22,172 bases of DNA. Origin: Candidatus Micrarchaeota archaeon (GTDB lineage: Archaea > B1Sed10-29). Under the pieces are notes generated by a model. That model searched no databases and had not been told where the DNA came from. It saw nothing but the letters and a program-made list of their open reading frames with translations. Location: contig CAYLXZ010000012.1 of NCBI GenBank assembly GCA_964388265.1, positions 1 to 22,172 on the forward strand. Reading direction: 5' to 3'. The first letter of the stretch is position 1. The number at the start of each line of letters is the position of its first letter. Position numbers and translations under genes: made by a program. This document shows positions 16,301 to 22,172 of the stretch, in pieces.

Positions 16301-19203
16301 GAGAGAGGAGAATCAGGGTTGTCTTTTATCTCTATGTCTCCTGTGTAGGGTTTGTTTTTGTTGTTGGTTGCATTGAGGATTAGTGTGATGTTTTTTCCGG
16401 TTGTTACGTTGAATTCATCTGGTTTGTATATTCCTGATTCGTTTTTTATCCATTTCTCTATTTTTATTTTTTCTTCTTTTCCTTTTCTAGTTTTGTATCG
16501 GAATACGTTTTCTTTACCTGTGGAATGGTTGGCCTGTAGTGCTCCTGTTCCTGTTAGAGGTCCTGTGGCTTCTGCTGTTATTTTTATGGTGGTGGTGTTC
16601 CCTGGGGGGAGGGATCTCAGGTTTGTTGTTGAGTCGAAGTTGATTATAGCTTTGTTTTCTGTTATGTCTCCTGTGGTTATTCTGGCTGGGACTTCATTTG
16701 TTACGTTTTTGAATTTTAGAAGTTCTCCTATATCTTTTATTTTTACTTTTTGGTACATGGTTGTGTTTTTTTCATTGTTTGTAACGTCCACGAGGAACTT
16801 TGCTTCTTCTCCTACTGGTATTTCTATTTCATTAGGGTTGTAGGTTCTTTCGTTTTTCTTGATTTTCAGATCGAATGATAGGTTCATCTCTTCGTCAGGT
16901 GGCTTTATATTGCTTTCTGTGGTGTTGAATGAAAATGTTTTTTCACTGGTGGATGGATCTCTTTTAATTATCTCTTTAGTCCATTTTCCATGGTATTGTA
17001 TTTGATTTTGCTGTGTTCCTTTGATGTCTGAAGGTATTTTTATAGGTACCATTATGTTTATCGTTGTGTTTGTAGGTGTGTATGGGTCGTTTATTATTAG
17101 TTCTCGGTCTGTTGCTGATCCTTTGATTGTTTCTGACTTTTTACCTCTTATTCCTTCTGGTAGGTTGTAGAAGAGTTTTTTACCTGGAATTTCGGCTGTT
17201 TTCCCTGAGAAGCTCCAGTGGAGATTTATTTCATTCCATCTTTTTCCTGAGATGTTCGGTAGTCCTACTGCGTATTTGAACCAGTAGGTGTTTCCTGATT
17301 CTAATGCTTCTTTGAATTTGTCTCCGGTTGCTTCTGAGGTTTTGTAGGTCCCTTCGTAGGTGATGGAGGTATTTGTTTTATGTAGCTGTATTGGGACATG
17401 ATCTTTTCCTACTAGGTCTTTTTTTAGTAGGAATTCTGGTCTCTGTTCTCTGTATTTTCCTTTGTATGTGGCTATGAGTGTGATTAGTTTTTTTCCAGTG
17501 ACTGTGAAGTCGGCTCCTCCTCTGGGTCCTGTTGTGTCTGATTTTATCTCTTCCTGTTTCCAGTTAAGGATCTTTACGTTTGCTTCTCTTGCTCCTTCTC
17601 CGTTTGGTTTTAGGACTTTTACTTCTAGATTGTAGGTTAATGGCTCTATTAGAATTTCTTTCACGGTCTTTACATTAGCTTCTACTGTGATAGTGTTATC
17701 TACGCATTTTGTAGGTCTTTTTCCTTCTCTTTTTGCAGATAGACAGTATTCTCCTGGCATTACCCAGTCGAATTTGGCTACTCCATCTTTGTCAGTATGT
17801 TGGTTTGGATAGGGAGTGGGTTGTGGGTTTGATTGATTGTTTAGCTTCTTTATTTTTACGTTGATTCCTTTTTCTCTTCTTTTGGTTATCTTGTTTTTAA
17901 CTTTTGCTTTTACTTCTCCTGTGTCGATTTCTTGGATTGTGGTTAGTTCGACTACTCTTTTTTTCCCTCCTTTTATCTGGATTTTTCTGGGTTTGTATCC
18001 TTTTTTGTAGAATGTTGCTAGATATTTTTCTCCTTTTTTTCCTCCAAAGGATATTGAACCGGATTCTGAGGTGTATCCTGTGGTATGTAGTTTTCCTTTA
18101 GGTGTATAGGCTTTTATATATGCTCCTTCTATCAGTTTTTTCTCGTGTTTGGCTACTATGGTTGTTTCTGCGGTTTGGTTAATGGTTCTTGTTATTGTTT
18201 GGGATTCTTCTTTGAATTCATAGGTTTTGTTGGAGAGGTCGGACATTCCTTTTCCTTGTGCTGGTATGAATACTCGGAATTCATCTCCTATTGACCCTGT
18301 GAATTCAGTTATTCCATTTTCTTTTGTTACTTGTGGGTCCACGATGTTTGTTTCAGTGTCTTCTGGTTCTACTAGTCTTACTTCTTGGTAGGGTAGTGGT
18401 TTTTTATTTTCGTTGAGTAGTTTGACGGATACTTTTCCTTTTTGTGTTGTTGGGGTTATTTCTTCGAGGGAGATGCAGGTGTCTGTAGGTTTTGGAACTT
18501 CGGATCCTTTGATTTGGTTTGATTTGTACTCTGGAGTTTGGAACTTGTATGAGTAGTTTTCTTTGTATTGTTGGAAGAAGTTTTGTAGGGAAGGGGCTTC
18601 ACCTGTTTTTTCTCCTTCGGTTTTGTATTCGGTTATTTCTAGGTTTCGGGTTGATATTGAGGGTGAGAAGCAAGGTGTGGTTTGAAGTTGTGTTGTTTCG
18701 CTGGTTAGCGTGAGGGTTACTGTAAGTGGATCTTCCTCTATGGTTATTTGTTTTGTCGTGGAGTTGTATTGGTATTTTTGAGCTTTTACTTTATAGGTTC
18801 CTGGGGTTATGTTCTCTTTTATTTCCCCAGAGGTTCCAGTTCTGAGCATTATTTTTTGCCCTGTTGCTATTTCTTGAGTTGTTTCTTCTTTTATGGATTC
18901 AAGCTCGACTTTAGCGGTAGGTAGGGGTTCTCCATCTTGATTTTGTACTTGTATAGTTACTGGAACTTTCCTTGGTTTTCCTGGGCCTATGAGAGGCCCT
19001 CCAACTCCTAACATAGGAGTTAGTGCTATGTAGAGAATTATCATTAAGATAGCGATGTATATTGGCAGGCTAGGTATTCCTCTTCTTTCTAACGGATCTA
19101 TAAGACCGTATGCTGGTACTCGTTTTCTGTCGAGGTAATCTATTCCTCTGAACCATTTGTCTTCGAGTTTATAGTACCAGTCTCGTAAGGATATATAAAA
19201 CAC
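10354..19203 (-). CDS. Giant (~2950 aa) N-terminally anchored surface/adhesin-like protein; start is GTG 19203 or ATA 19194
   Basis: Uninterrupted 8.85-kb ORF. From N to C: one TM helix (PSLPIYIAILMIILYIAL), carboxypeptidase-regulatory-like beta-sandwiches (PGTYKVKAQKYQY; PGEYCLSAKREG), five Ig-like repeats, a Cys-rich block, a parallel beta-helix (CLKIEADNVVLNGKGNKITG..GIKI..N..I..N), DKDKDG and an acidic Cys-rich tip. Many N-x-S/T sequons. Confidence 0.9.
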   Translation of the reverse strand: MFYISLRDWYYKLEDKWFRGIDYLDRKRVPAYGLIDPLERRGIPSLPIYIAILMIILYIALTPMLGVGGPLIGPGKPRKVPVTIQVQNQDGEPLPTAKVELESIKEETTQEIATGQKIMLRTGTSGEIKENITPGTYKVKAQKYQYNSTTKQITIEEDPLTVTLTLTSETTQLQTTPCFSPSISTRNLEITEYKTEGEKTGEAPSLQNFFQQYKENYSYKFQTPEYKSNQIKGSEVPKPTDTCISLEEITPTTQKGKVSVKLLNENKKPLPYQEVRLVEPEDTETNIVDPQVTKENGITEFTGSIGDEFRVFIPAQGKGMSDLSNKTYEFKEESQTITRTINQTAETTIVAKHEKKLIEGAYIKAYTPKGKLHTTGYTSESGSISFGGKKGEKYLATFYKKGYKPRKIQIKGGKKRVVELTTIQEIDTGEVKAKVKNKITKRREKGINVKIKKLNNQSNPQPTPYPNQHTDKDGVAKFDWVMPGEYCLSAKREGKRPTKCVDNTITVEANVKTVKEILIEPLTYNLEVKVLKPNGEGAREANVKILNWKQEEIKSDTTGPRGGADFTVTGKKLITLIATYKGKYREQRPEFLLKKDLVGKDHVPIQLHKTNTSITYEGTYKTSEATGDKFKEALESGNTYWFKYAVGLPNISGKRWNEINLHWSFSGKTAEIPGKKLFYNLPEGIRGKKSETIKGSATDRELIINDPYTPTNTTINIMVPIKIPSDIKGTQQNQIQYHGKWTKEIIKRDPSTSEKTFSFNTTESNIKPPDEEMNLSFDLKIKKNERTYNPNEIEIPVGEEAKFLVDVTNNEKNTTMYQKVKIKDIGELLKFKNVTNEVPARITTGDITENKAIINFDSTTNLRSLPPGNTTTIKITAEATGPLTGTGALQANHSTGKENVFRYKTRKGKEEKIKIEKWIKNESGIYKPDEFNVTTGKNITLILNATNNKNKPYTGDIEIKDNPDSPLSSYTTFTKVRNYDQEGNRTRWEDTSLGPNQHTARVNFDEQQPLPVQETTTMKVEATTQKVGKPANILAEIQGKPGATPYTFTIRYKPGEKPNVTTKKWIKYNDTLYQGNIRELEVKRNEDIKLIVNTTNTGSTNIQDPLKIEDKYHSNSGKQSYTNFTSVKNYENGKKTRTTAITSETHLAIVNFQKEPLKPGKTTKTVIEAVTKNSGNATIPIKPPKGKLGDHNLVFNITEKKEEKPGENITITRIIDGEIYSHNKNYLRAKGQSFTLKVNATSKKDEKITGKLRIGSKNKDKYKFTEVESWKYFENGGREYNRVESTGSDTKAVINYNGKKNLEPGKTSETTLHSKITKGGDEAFIPIRKVTETNFPYKKQKPFFINVTENDVKFYTRIRVKNTSTGEFSIPADSTTVTPKDEVKLTLEMKNTGEAPLIGGNLEIKDWGENLKFEEISDPQTFLKLKEWNSSYANFSFVLPFQGRKKITTIKANITEGGPARADVNLSRDGSTAFEFGVEGSRGTAWADIGNYGKNKGNTIYPLSTSKDISIRNETHHIITQSYIKALNLSGEGIGEAEGECYLNLNYPPVKKATLIGGDKAEYRVSFFHRKNNGCKLDTNLNQEISYCKTGDECEYPETKTCSSSSSETYHCEKGNSHSCTNKNQYRCQEILDTYQPHSKKDQKDIKCAKEQYCDPGDKCKQEQKFDYKCIETDKYDAATDYGGETCGEESQQGEYQADPSYQGKKCSTSTSKNITITPIPGSNSPYLMESAQATIKPCLQLPRKPINIELKGGKGTKEKKLGFNIPRKCSYTTDNAEMNLKATLQGKGLENIKLEKSNCELTSQKGTCKFKISTGKTQEIEGIRKGKIKFNLTMTKTEERSIIQINRIWSRSLNIRREDEQQPIGKYLFPLSIQRYGSTKTNCNSKYCTLELLIEKIKPFLNPQVKLNKEKIFKAKLVNQRMSTPNLQSHLEKVLPEEEEESWWEKNRVICTSFEGKKHSNCDLLLKEPKSISIPGHGKYKINISKDENPEGQPLTILKITPISSPKELHVKKFQALLPMDSRDKFSNDLRLQTGYPKGYIDTIRTLIEKQYGEKPSTEEPISAKNQVVVKPGTGNNTIQVKGEKKDATLKIQGPDPQAIIDNLTLFVDPDKDPTALFKRISDKKAVMTKEIPVIGINTSKNYKDLKPSIKIFTEGFIPLQNTDNITYEKTTIPKSTIVVANCEEGKCEDYIYQFNQEILQGQDIKVTSREDFPKEPIAIKDSTGLYIFAKTLGAKSILKNWENPQGLEKTGNLMYGKTKITPEELSTKIKEESSFSRIHHLKDVKNPAWSPPTQLERKGNFPMQTNNDYLIIKSPEIIYAQKLTAKKGKTLIAGNIKSCIDITHKGEWNITKDITDGTQSGKDHCLKIEADNVVLNGKGNKITGEGLDSGTTAIKIQETKNVKIKNVKINKYGNGIKIQNSKSTEVTKNKINSKNGVTLTEKSTKNIIKKNTLTGKSKGSGTGIEQTEKENGDINITIDDNTIKKYETGIHLEKLNNSLINKTSTNKLGTGIKIKDSSQTVISNNNLCGTEGNSLKVTKDNNKITGSNNCYKKSIKGGNSVDCSKGNCGYSQYYKDKDKDGCWTAKKFQKSKPDPARNWIKGDTYGPMAPRKGDPDPDHKVTKGKIDGRYMLEYLFNKDYDKNSDELYDEDDFTLNDDLGLCNTLWSMSAIDNHMWGRNGKDKWQDPGDDDYAAAYPHSPSEVVFINAESAVSWGSGETAYKGAFLAERNPGEISKSFHSPGDLDFDKESGDEDDGGHNETELYPCDDGKIVDSFGCRLNFGGEHGVRGDADDPSDGDRADCWLKNPSTIKMRCQETDASSAGRAEASCTLKYTCKEYDASKEKYDAYVNSTTGTGDGVNKILCKEGYHVGAMGTILVGEGSTHDYPAVGGEPAPKSVKGPKRWRSVLVERDNWDSQDKWKVTVLCEKNWWDSSQQNGGNGGTSGPQ
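14765..16890 (-). repeat. Five diverged ~130-150 aa tandem Ig-like (DUF11/CARDB-style) repeats within the giant protein (boundaries approximate)
   Basis: Recurring pattern (K)WIK..Y...V..G/N..I.L.(V/L)N.TN....(L/I).I.D....F..V....A.(I/V)NF....L.PG.T(T/S)..I.A. Examples: LPPGNTTT, LPVQETTT, LKPGKTTK, LEPGKTSE. Confidence 0.7.
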
Positions 19204-19244
19204 CTATTTGTTTGAAGTGATCGGTTGAATAAATTAAGATTAGG

Positions 19245-19259
19245 ATATTTAATAAGGTT
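19245..19259 (-). promoter_or_regulatory. TATA box of the giant surface-protein gene
   Basis: ACCTTATTAAATAT on the minus strand, about 40-50 nt upstream of the start. The same 11-mer recurs at 20727-20737. Confidence 0.55.
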
Positions 19260-19277
19260 ACGGTATTAGGTGTTTTT

Positions 19278-20132
19278 CTAGCACTCTTTATCTGGAGTGC
19301 TGGGGAAAGATACATCTGCACTATATAGAGTGATGTTGATATTACCTGAGTTCCATGTGAATACTCCTTTCTTTTCTTTTTTAGAGGAGATTTTTTTTAT
19401 GTATATCTTGGCTTCTCCTTTAAAGTCCTCTTCCTTCTTGCAATTTTTTGTTCCGTTGTATATCTTTGAAGCTTCCTCTATCTTTTTCTGTAGGTTTTTC
19501 TCAGTGGTATATGTAAAGTTTGTGGGTAGTATAGATGTTTTTACTTCATTTTTTCCCTGGGTACTGAATTTTAAGGTGAAGTTATTTTGGTAGGGTTTAA
19601 AGTTTTGCTTGTTTAGTTCTGTTTTTATCTCTCCTCCTGATGTGAAGGTCACTGAATAAGGGTTATTTATTCTGGATATGATGATGGAAAGTTCCTCGGT
19701 TTTAGCTCCTACATTGCTTTTTAAGGTGTATTTATTCGATCCTGATATAACGTCTTTAAGAGTAACTAGGAAATTAGAGTAGATTTCTCTCCCTATCTCT
19801 CCTTTTAAGTCGTTTATTAAGCTCCATTTAATTTTAGACGTGATATCTGAATCGCTCTGCTGCCATAGTACTTGGAAAGAATGATTTTTGAGTTTCTCGG
19901 ATACTTTATTCTCCAAACTATCTATTAAGAGGTTTCTTACAAGAGAATCTATATACTTTGACCCTAGAGACTGAGCAGAAGCACTATAGCTGTTGGAAAG
20001 GGATTCGGATACTCTGGCGCTGTTCTGCATCATCGTAACCCCAACTAGCATGGCTACGATGACCACAGCTGTCCCTACCAAGGGAGTGAATAAACTAAAA
20101 CCCTTATTGTCCAATACGTTCAATGAATCCAT
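19278..20132 (-). CDS. Class III signal peptide (type IV pilin-like) protein, 284 aa
   Basis: MDSLNVLDNKG|FSLFTPLVGTAVVIVAMLVGVTMM: a KG cleavage site followed by a hydrophobic helix and a long helical extension. Lies near a pilus ATPase. Confidence 0.7.
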   Translation of the reverse strand: MDSLNVLDNKGFSLFTPLVGTAVVIVAMLVGVTMMQNSARVSESLSNSYSASAQSLGSKYIDSLVRNLLIDSLENKVSEKLKNHSFQVLWQQSDSDITSKIKWSLINDLKGEIGREIYSNFLVTLKDVISGSNKYTLKSNVGAKTEELSIIISRINNPYSVTFTSGGEIKTELNKQNFKPYQNNFTLKFSTQGKNEVKTSILPTNFTYTTEKNLQKKIEEASKIYNGTKNCKKEEDFKGEAKIYIKKISSKKEKKGVFTWNSGNINITLYSADVSFPSTPDKEC

Positions 20133-20694
20133 CTACTATCCCCTTTATCCTATCGTACTCTAGGTACCATATGTAATAGAAACCCAGTATTATTAAGATT
20201 AATATCAACCTAAAAGTAAAGCTGTGGATGAACTCCGCGGCCCTCCACCCAAACCACTTACCGGACCCAAGAACCAGGAATATCCTCAGAGGATTAACCA
20301 AAACAATCATCGCTATCCCTACAACTGTTCCAATAATTCTCTTGCGTATTGACCTGTCGAACGTGCTTAGTATGATTGCTGGAAGCAAAGCGAGCTCGAT
20401 GTCACCCACACATAAATCAACTATCGAAGCCTTCACTGCTTGAACTCCAGATAAAGAAATCACAGGTACCTGGCCATATAGAACCGAGTTACTTATCCCT
20501 GACAGCTCAAGCAGACCCGAAGAAGCCCAGGCCGTGAAGTTCTTCAAGGGCACTAAACCCGTTACCTGGAACACCAACCAGAACAAGGTATATAAAGTTA
20601 GAATACTTATTATGAACTTGAATCCCTTCCCAAGTTCAAGGGAAGAGGAAAATCCGGATAATCTACCAGCGAGGTCTTTCAGATGGCGAAGCAT
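20104..20694 (-). CDS. Exosortase/archaeosortase family membrane transpeptidase (196 aa)
   Basis: Cys-Arg-His triad in context: IVDLCVG, VNPLRI, EFIH. Multiple TM helices. ATG 20694 has GTGGTG upstream. Confidence 0.88.
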   Translation of the reverse strand: MLRHLKDLAGRLSGFSSSLELGKGFKFIISILTLYTLFWLVFQVTGLVPLKNFTAWASSGLLELSGISNSVLYGQVPVISLSGVQAVKASIVDLCVGDIELALLPAIILSTFDRSIRKRIIGTVVGIAMIVLVNPLRIFLVLGSGKWFGWRAAEFIHSFTFRLILILIILGFYYIWYLEYDRIKGIVDGFIERIGQ

Positions 20695-22172
20695 GATTAC
20701 ACCACACAAACAGAAGGAGGAAACACATATTTAATAATTGACGCAAAAGGAGACACCAAGAGCTCAGTAGCCGACTACCCAGAGTTCATGGACGAATGCG
20801 CTAGACTCGCATTCGAACACAACGTGGACCTCATAAAGATAAGCAAAGTCTACGAAAGAACCTACAACCCCCAACAAACCAAGATGCTCAAAGAACTAGG
20901 GCAACTAGCGGACGAATTCGAAAGAAAAAAAGTATGGTCACCAAGCAGGCTCAAATCAAACTCATGCAGAAAGAAACATAAACAAAGATACAAAAGAGTA
21001 GTTCAGATAGCAAGAGAACTCATAACAAGAGACCCACTACGAGCATACATAAATTTAAGACAAACAATTAAGAGAGAGAAGGAAAGAAGAAGCGATTTAT
21101 CCGGAGAGGAGAAAGAATGCAGTACATCGTACCTCAAGACACTTAACTGGATGCTGCAGAAGTTCGACGACACAGAAATAGTTAAAGAACTTAAACTAGT
21201 CCTCAAAGAAAGAGGAGAAGTACCAAAGACCCGAGAACCATACCACTCACTATTCGAAGCCGAAATCAAACCAGGATTCGTATCAAGCAGAGTATTCTTC
21301 CACACACCAGAAGAAATCGAACTACTCGACTCCTACGAAGTAGAGGACGCAAAAGTCAACATATACGAACACCCAGAAAAAATAGAGAACCTATACTACA
21401 TCAATCCACCAGAATACAACCTATCACCTGACAAATACTTCCTATTATCCGAAACAAGAGAACAAGTAGCAGGATACAGGCCAGAAGACATTTCATTCAC
21501 CGAACCAGGCGAAGCCAAACGATACTTCGAAAGAACCTACAGCCAGACAATCGAAGACCTCGCAGAACAAAACGAAATAGACATAGACTCAGAAGAAAGA
21601 GACCGGTTAGCCAAGATGGTAGCAAGATACACCGTGGGATTCGGAATGATGGAACTCTTACTCAATGACAGAAAACTCACAGACATATACATGGACTCAC
21701 CGCTCGGCAAGTACCCAGTGTACCTCACACACCAAGACTACGGCTCATGCCAAACCAACGTCATGTTCACAGAAGAAGAAGCAAAAGGAATAATCTCAAG
21801 ATTCAGATCAATATCCGGAAGACCATTCGACGAAGCACACCCAATACTAGACCTATCACTAGAAAGACTCGACACCAGAGTAGCCGCGATAAGAGAACCA
21901 CTAGCACCAGAAGGCAAAGCAATCGTACTAAGACTACATAAAACCACGCCATGGACACTGCCACAATACATAGATGTAGACATGGTTAACGACAAAGCAG
22001 CAGGACTGTTAAGCTTCTTAATAGACGCACAAGCAACCACCTTAATCACAGGAAGCAGAGGATCAGGAAAAACAAGCATGAACATGGCTCTCATGCTAGA
22101 GATACTACCATCACTCAGAATAATAGTACAAGAAGACACATTCGAAGTACCCGTAGACTACATGAAGACCAT
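20683..22172 (+). CDS. Type II/IV secretion (VirB11/TadA/CpaF/ArlI family) ATPase with a long N-terminal extension; truncated by the window end and not in the ORF track
   Basis: The frame is open from ATG 20683 (GAGGT SD; MAKHDYTTQTEGGNTYLIID...) for 496 codons. Motifs: LYYINPPEY, YTVGFGMMELLLND..LTDIY, SGRPFDEAHPILD, Walker A GSRGSGKT (22051-22074), Asp-box IVQEDTFE. Confidence 0.93.
   Translation, partial: MAKHDYTTQTEGGNTYLIIDAKGDTKSSVADYPEFMDECARLAFEHNVDLIKISKVYERTYNPQQTKMLKELGQLADEFERKKVWSPSRLKSNSCRKKHKQRYKRVVQIARELITRDPLRAYINLRQTIKREKERRSDLSGEEKECSTSYLKTLNWMLQKFDDTEIVKELKLVLKERGEVPKTREPYHSLFEAEIKPGFVSSRVFFHTPEEIELLDSYEVEDAKVNIYEHPEKIENLYYINPPEYNLSPDKYFLLSETREQVAGYRPEDISFTEPGEAKRYFERTYSQTIEDLAEQNEIDIDSEERDRLAKMVARYTVGFGMMELLLNDRKLTDIYMDSPLGKYPVYLTHQDYGSCQTNVMFTEEEAKGIISRFRSISGRPFDEAHPILDLSLERLDTRVAAIREPLAPEGKAIVLRLHKTTPWTLPQYIDVDMVNDKAAGLLSFLIDAQATTLITGSRGSGKTSMNMALMLEILPSLRIIVQEDTFEVPVDYMKT

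Noticed and set aside
10697..18713. + strand ORFs inside the giant gene (for example 11552..12169 and 16352..16843)
   Set aside because: Antisense frames of an A-rich, repetitive coding sequence, with no independent signals.
21003..22139. Track ORFs 21003..21305, 21537..21728, 21738..22139 and 21747..21941
   Set aside because: They overlap the real + strand ATPase frame, which the track omitted because it has no stop inside the window.

Overview
Gene-dense archaeal chromosomal segment. The archaeal call rests on a BHB-intron tRNA, type II MetAP, PolB with a PIP box, an archaeosortase and TATA/GGTG signals. The style of the surface proteins suggests a DPANN-like lineage (inference only). Left part: a tightly packed minus-strand run polB-map-membrane protein-tRNA-Arg(TCG, 72-nt intron)-tRNA-Leu(CAG). 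Middle (4.8-10.2 kb): an uncharacterised module made of two coiled-coil proteins, a HerA/VirB4-like protein with dead Walker motifs, four small polytopic membrane proteins, and an operon led by a 48-aa CdrS-like ribbon-helix-helix gene that the ORF track missed. That operon has a five-box operator array and encodes three exactly 116-aa membrane-anchored paralogues plus a soluble fourth one. Right part: a ~2950-aa N-anchored adhesin-like surface protein, a class III signal peptide (pilin-like) protein and an archaeosortase/exosortase. A VirB11/TadA-type pilus ATPase (not in the ORF track, runs off the window) overlaps the archaeosortase head-to-head. Other oddities: PolB has Leu at the conserved motif-B Tyr and a degenerate uracil pocket, two genes probably start at ATT/ATA, and the G+T versus A+C strand skew inverts near 20 kb. 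All alignments were done by eye; no database searches were run.
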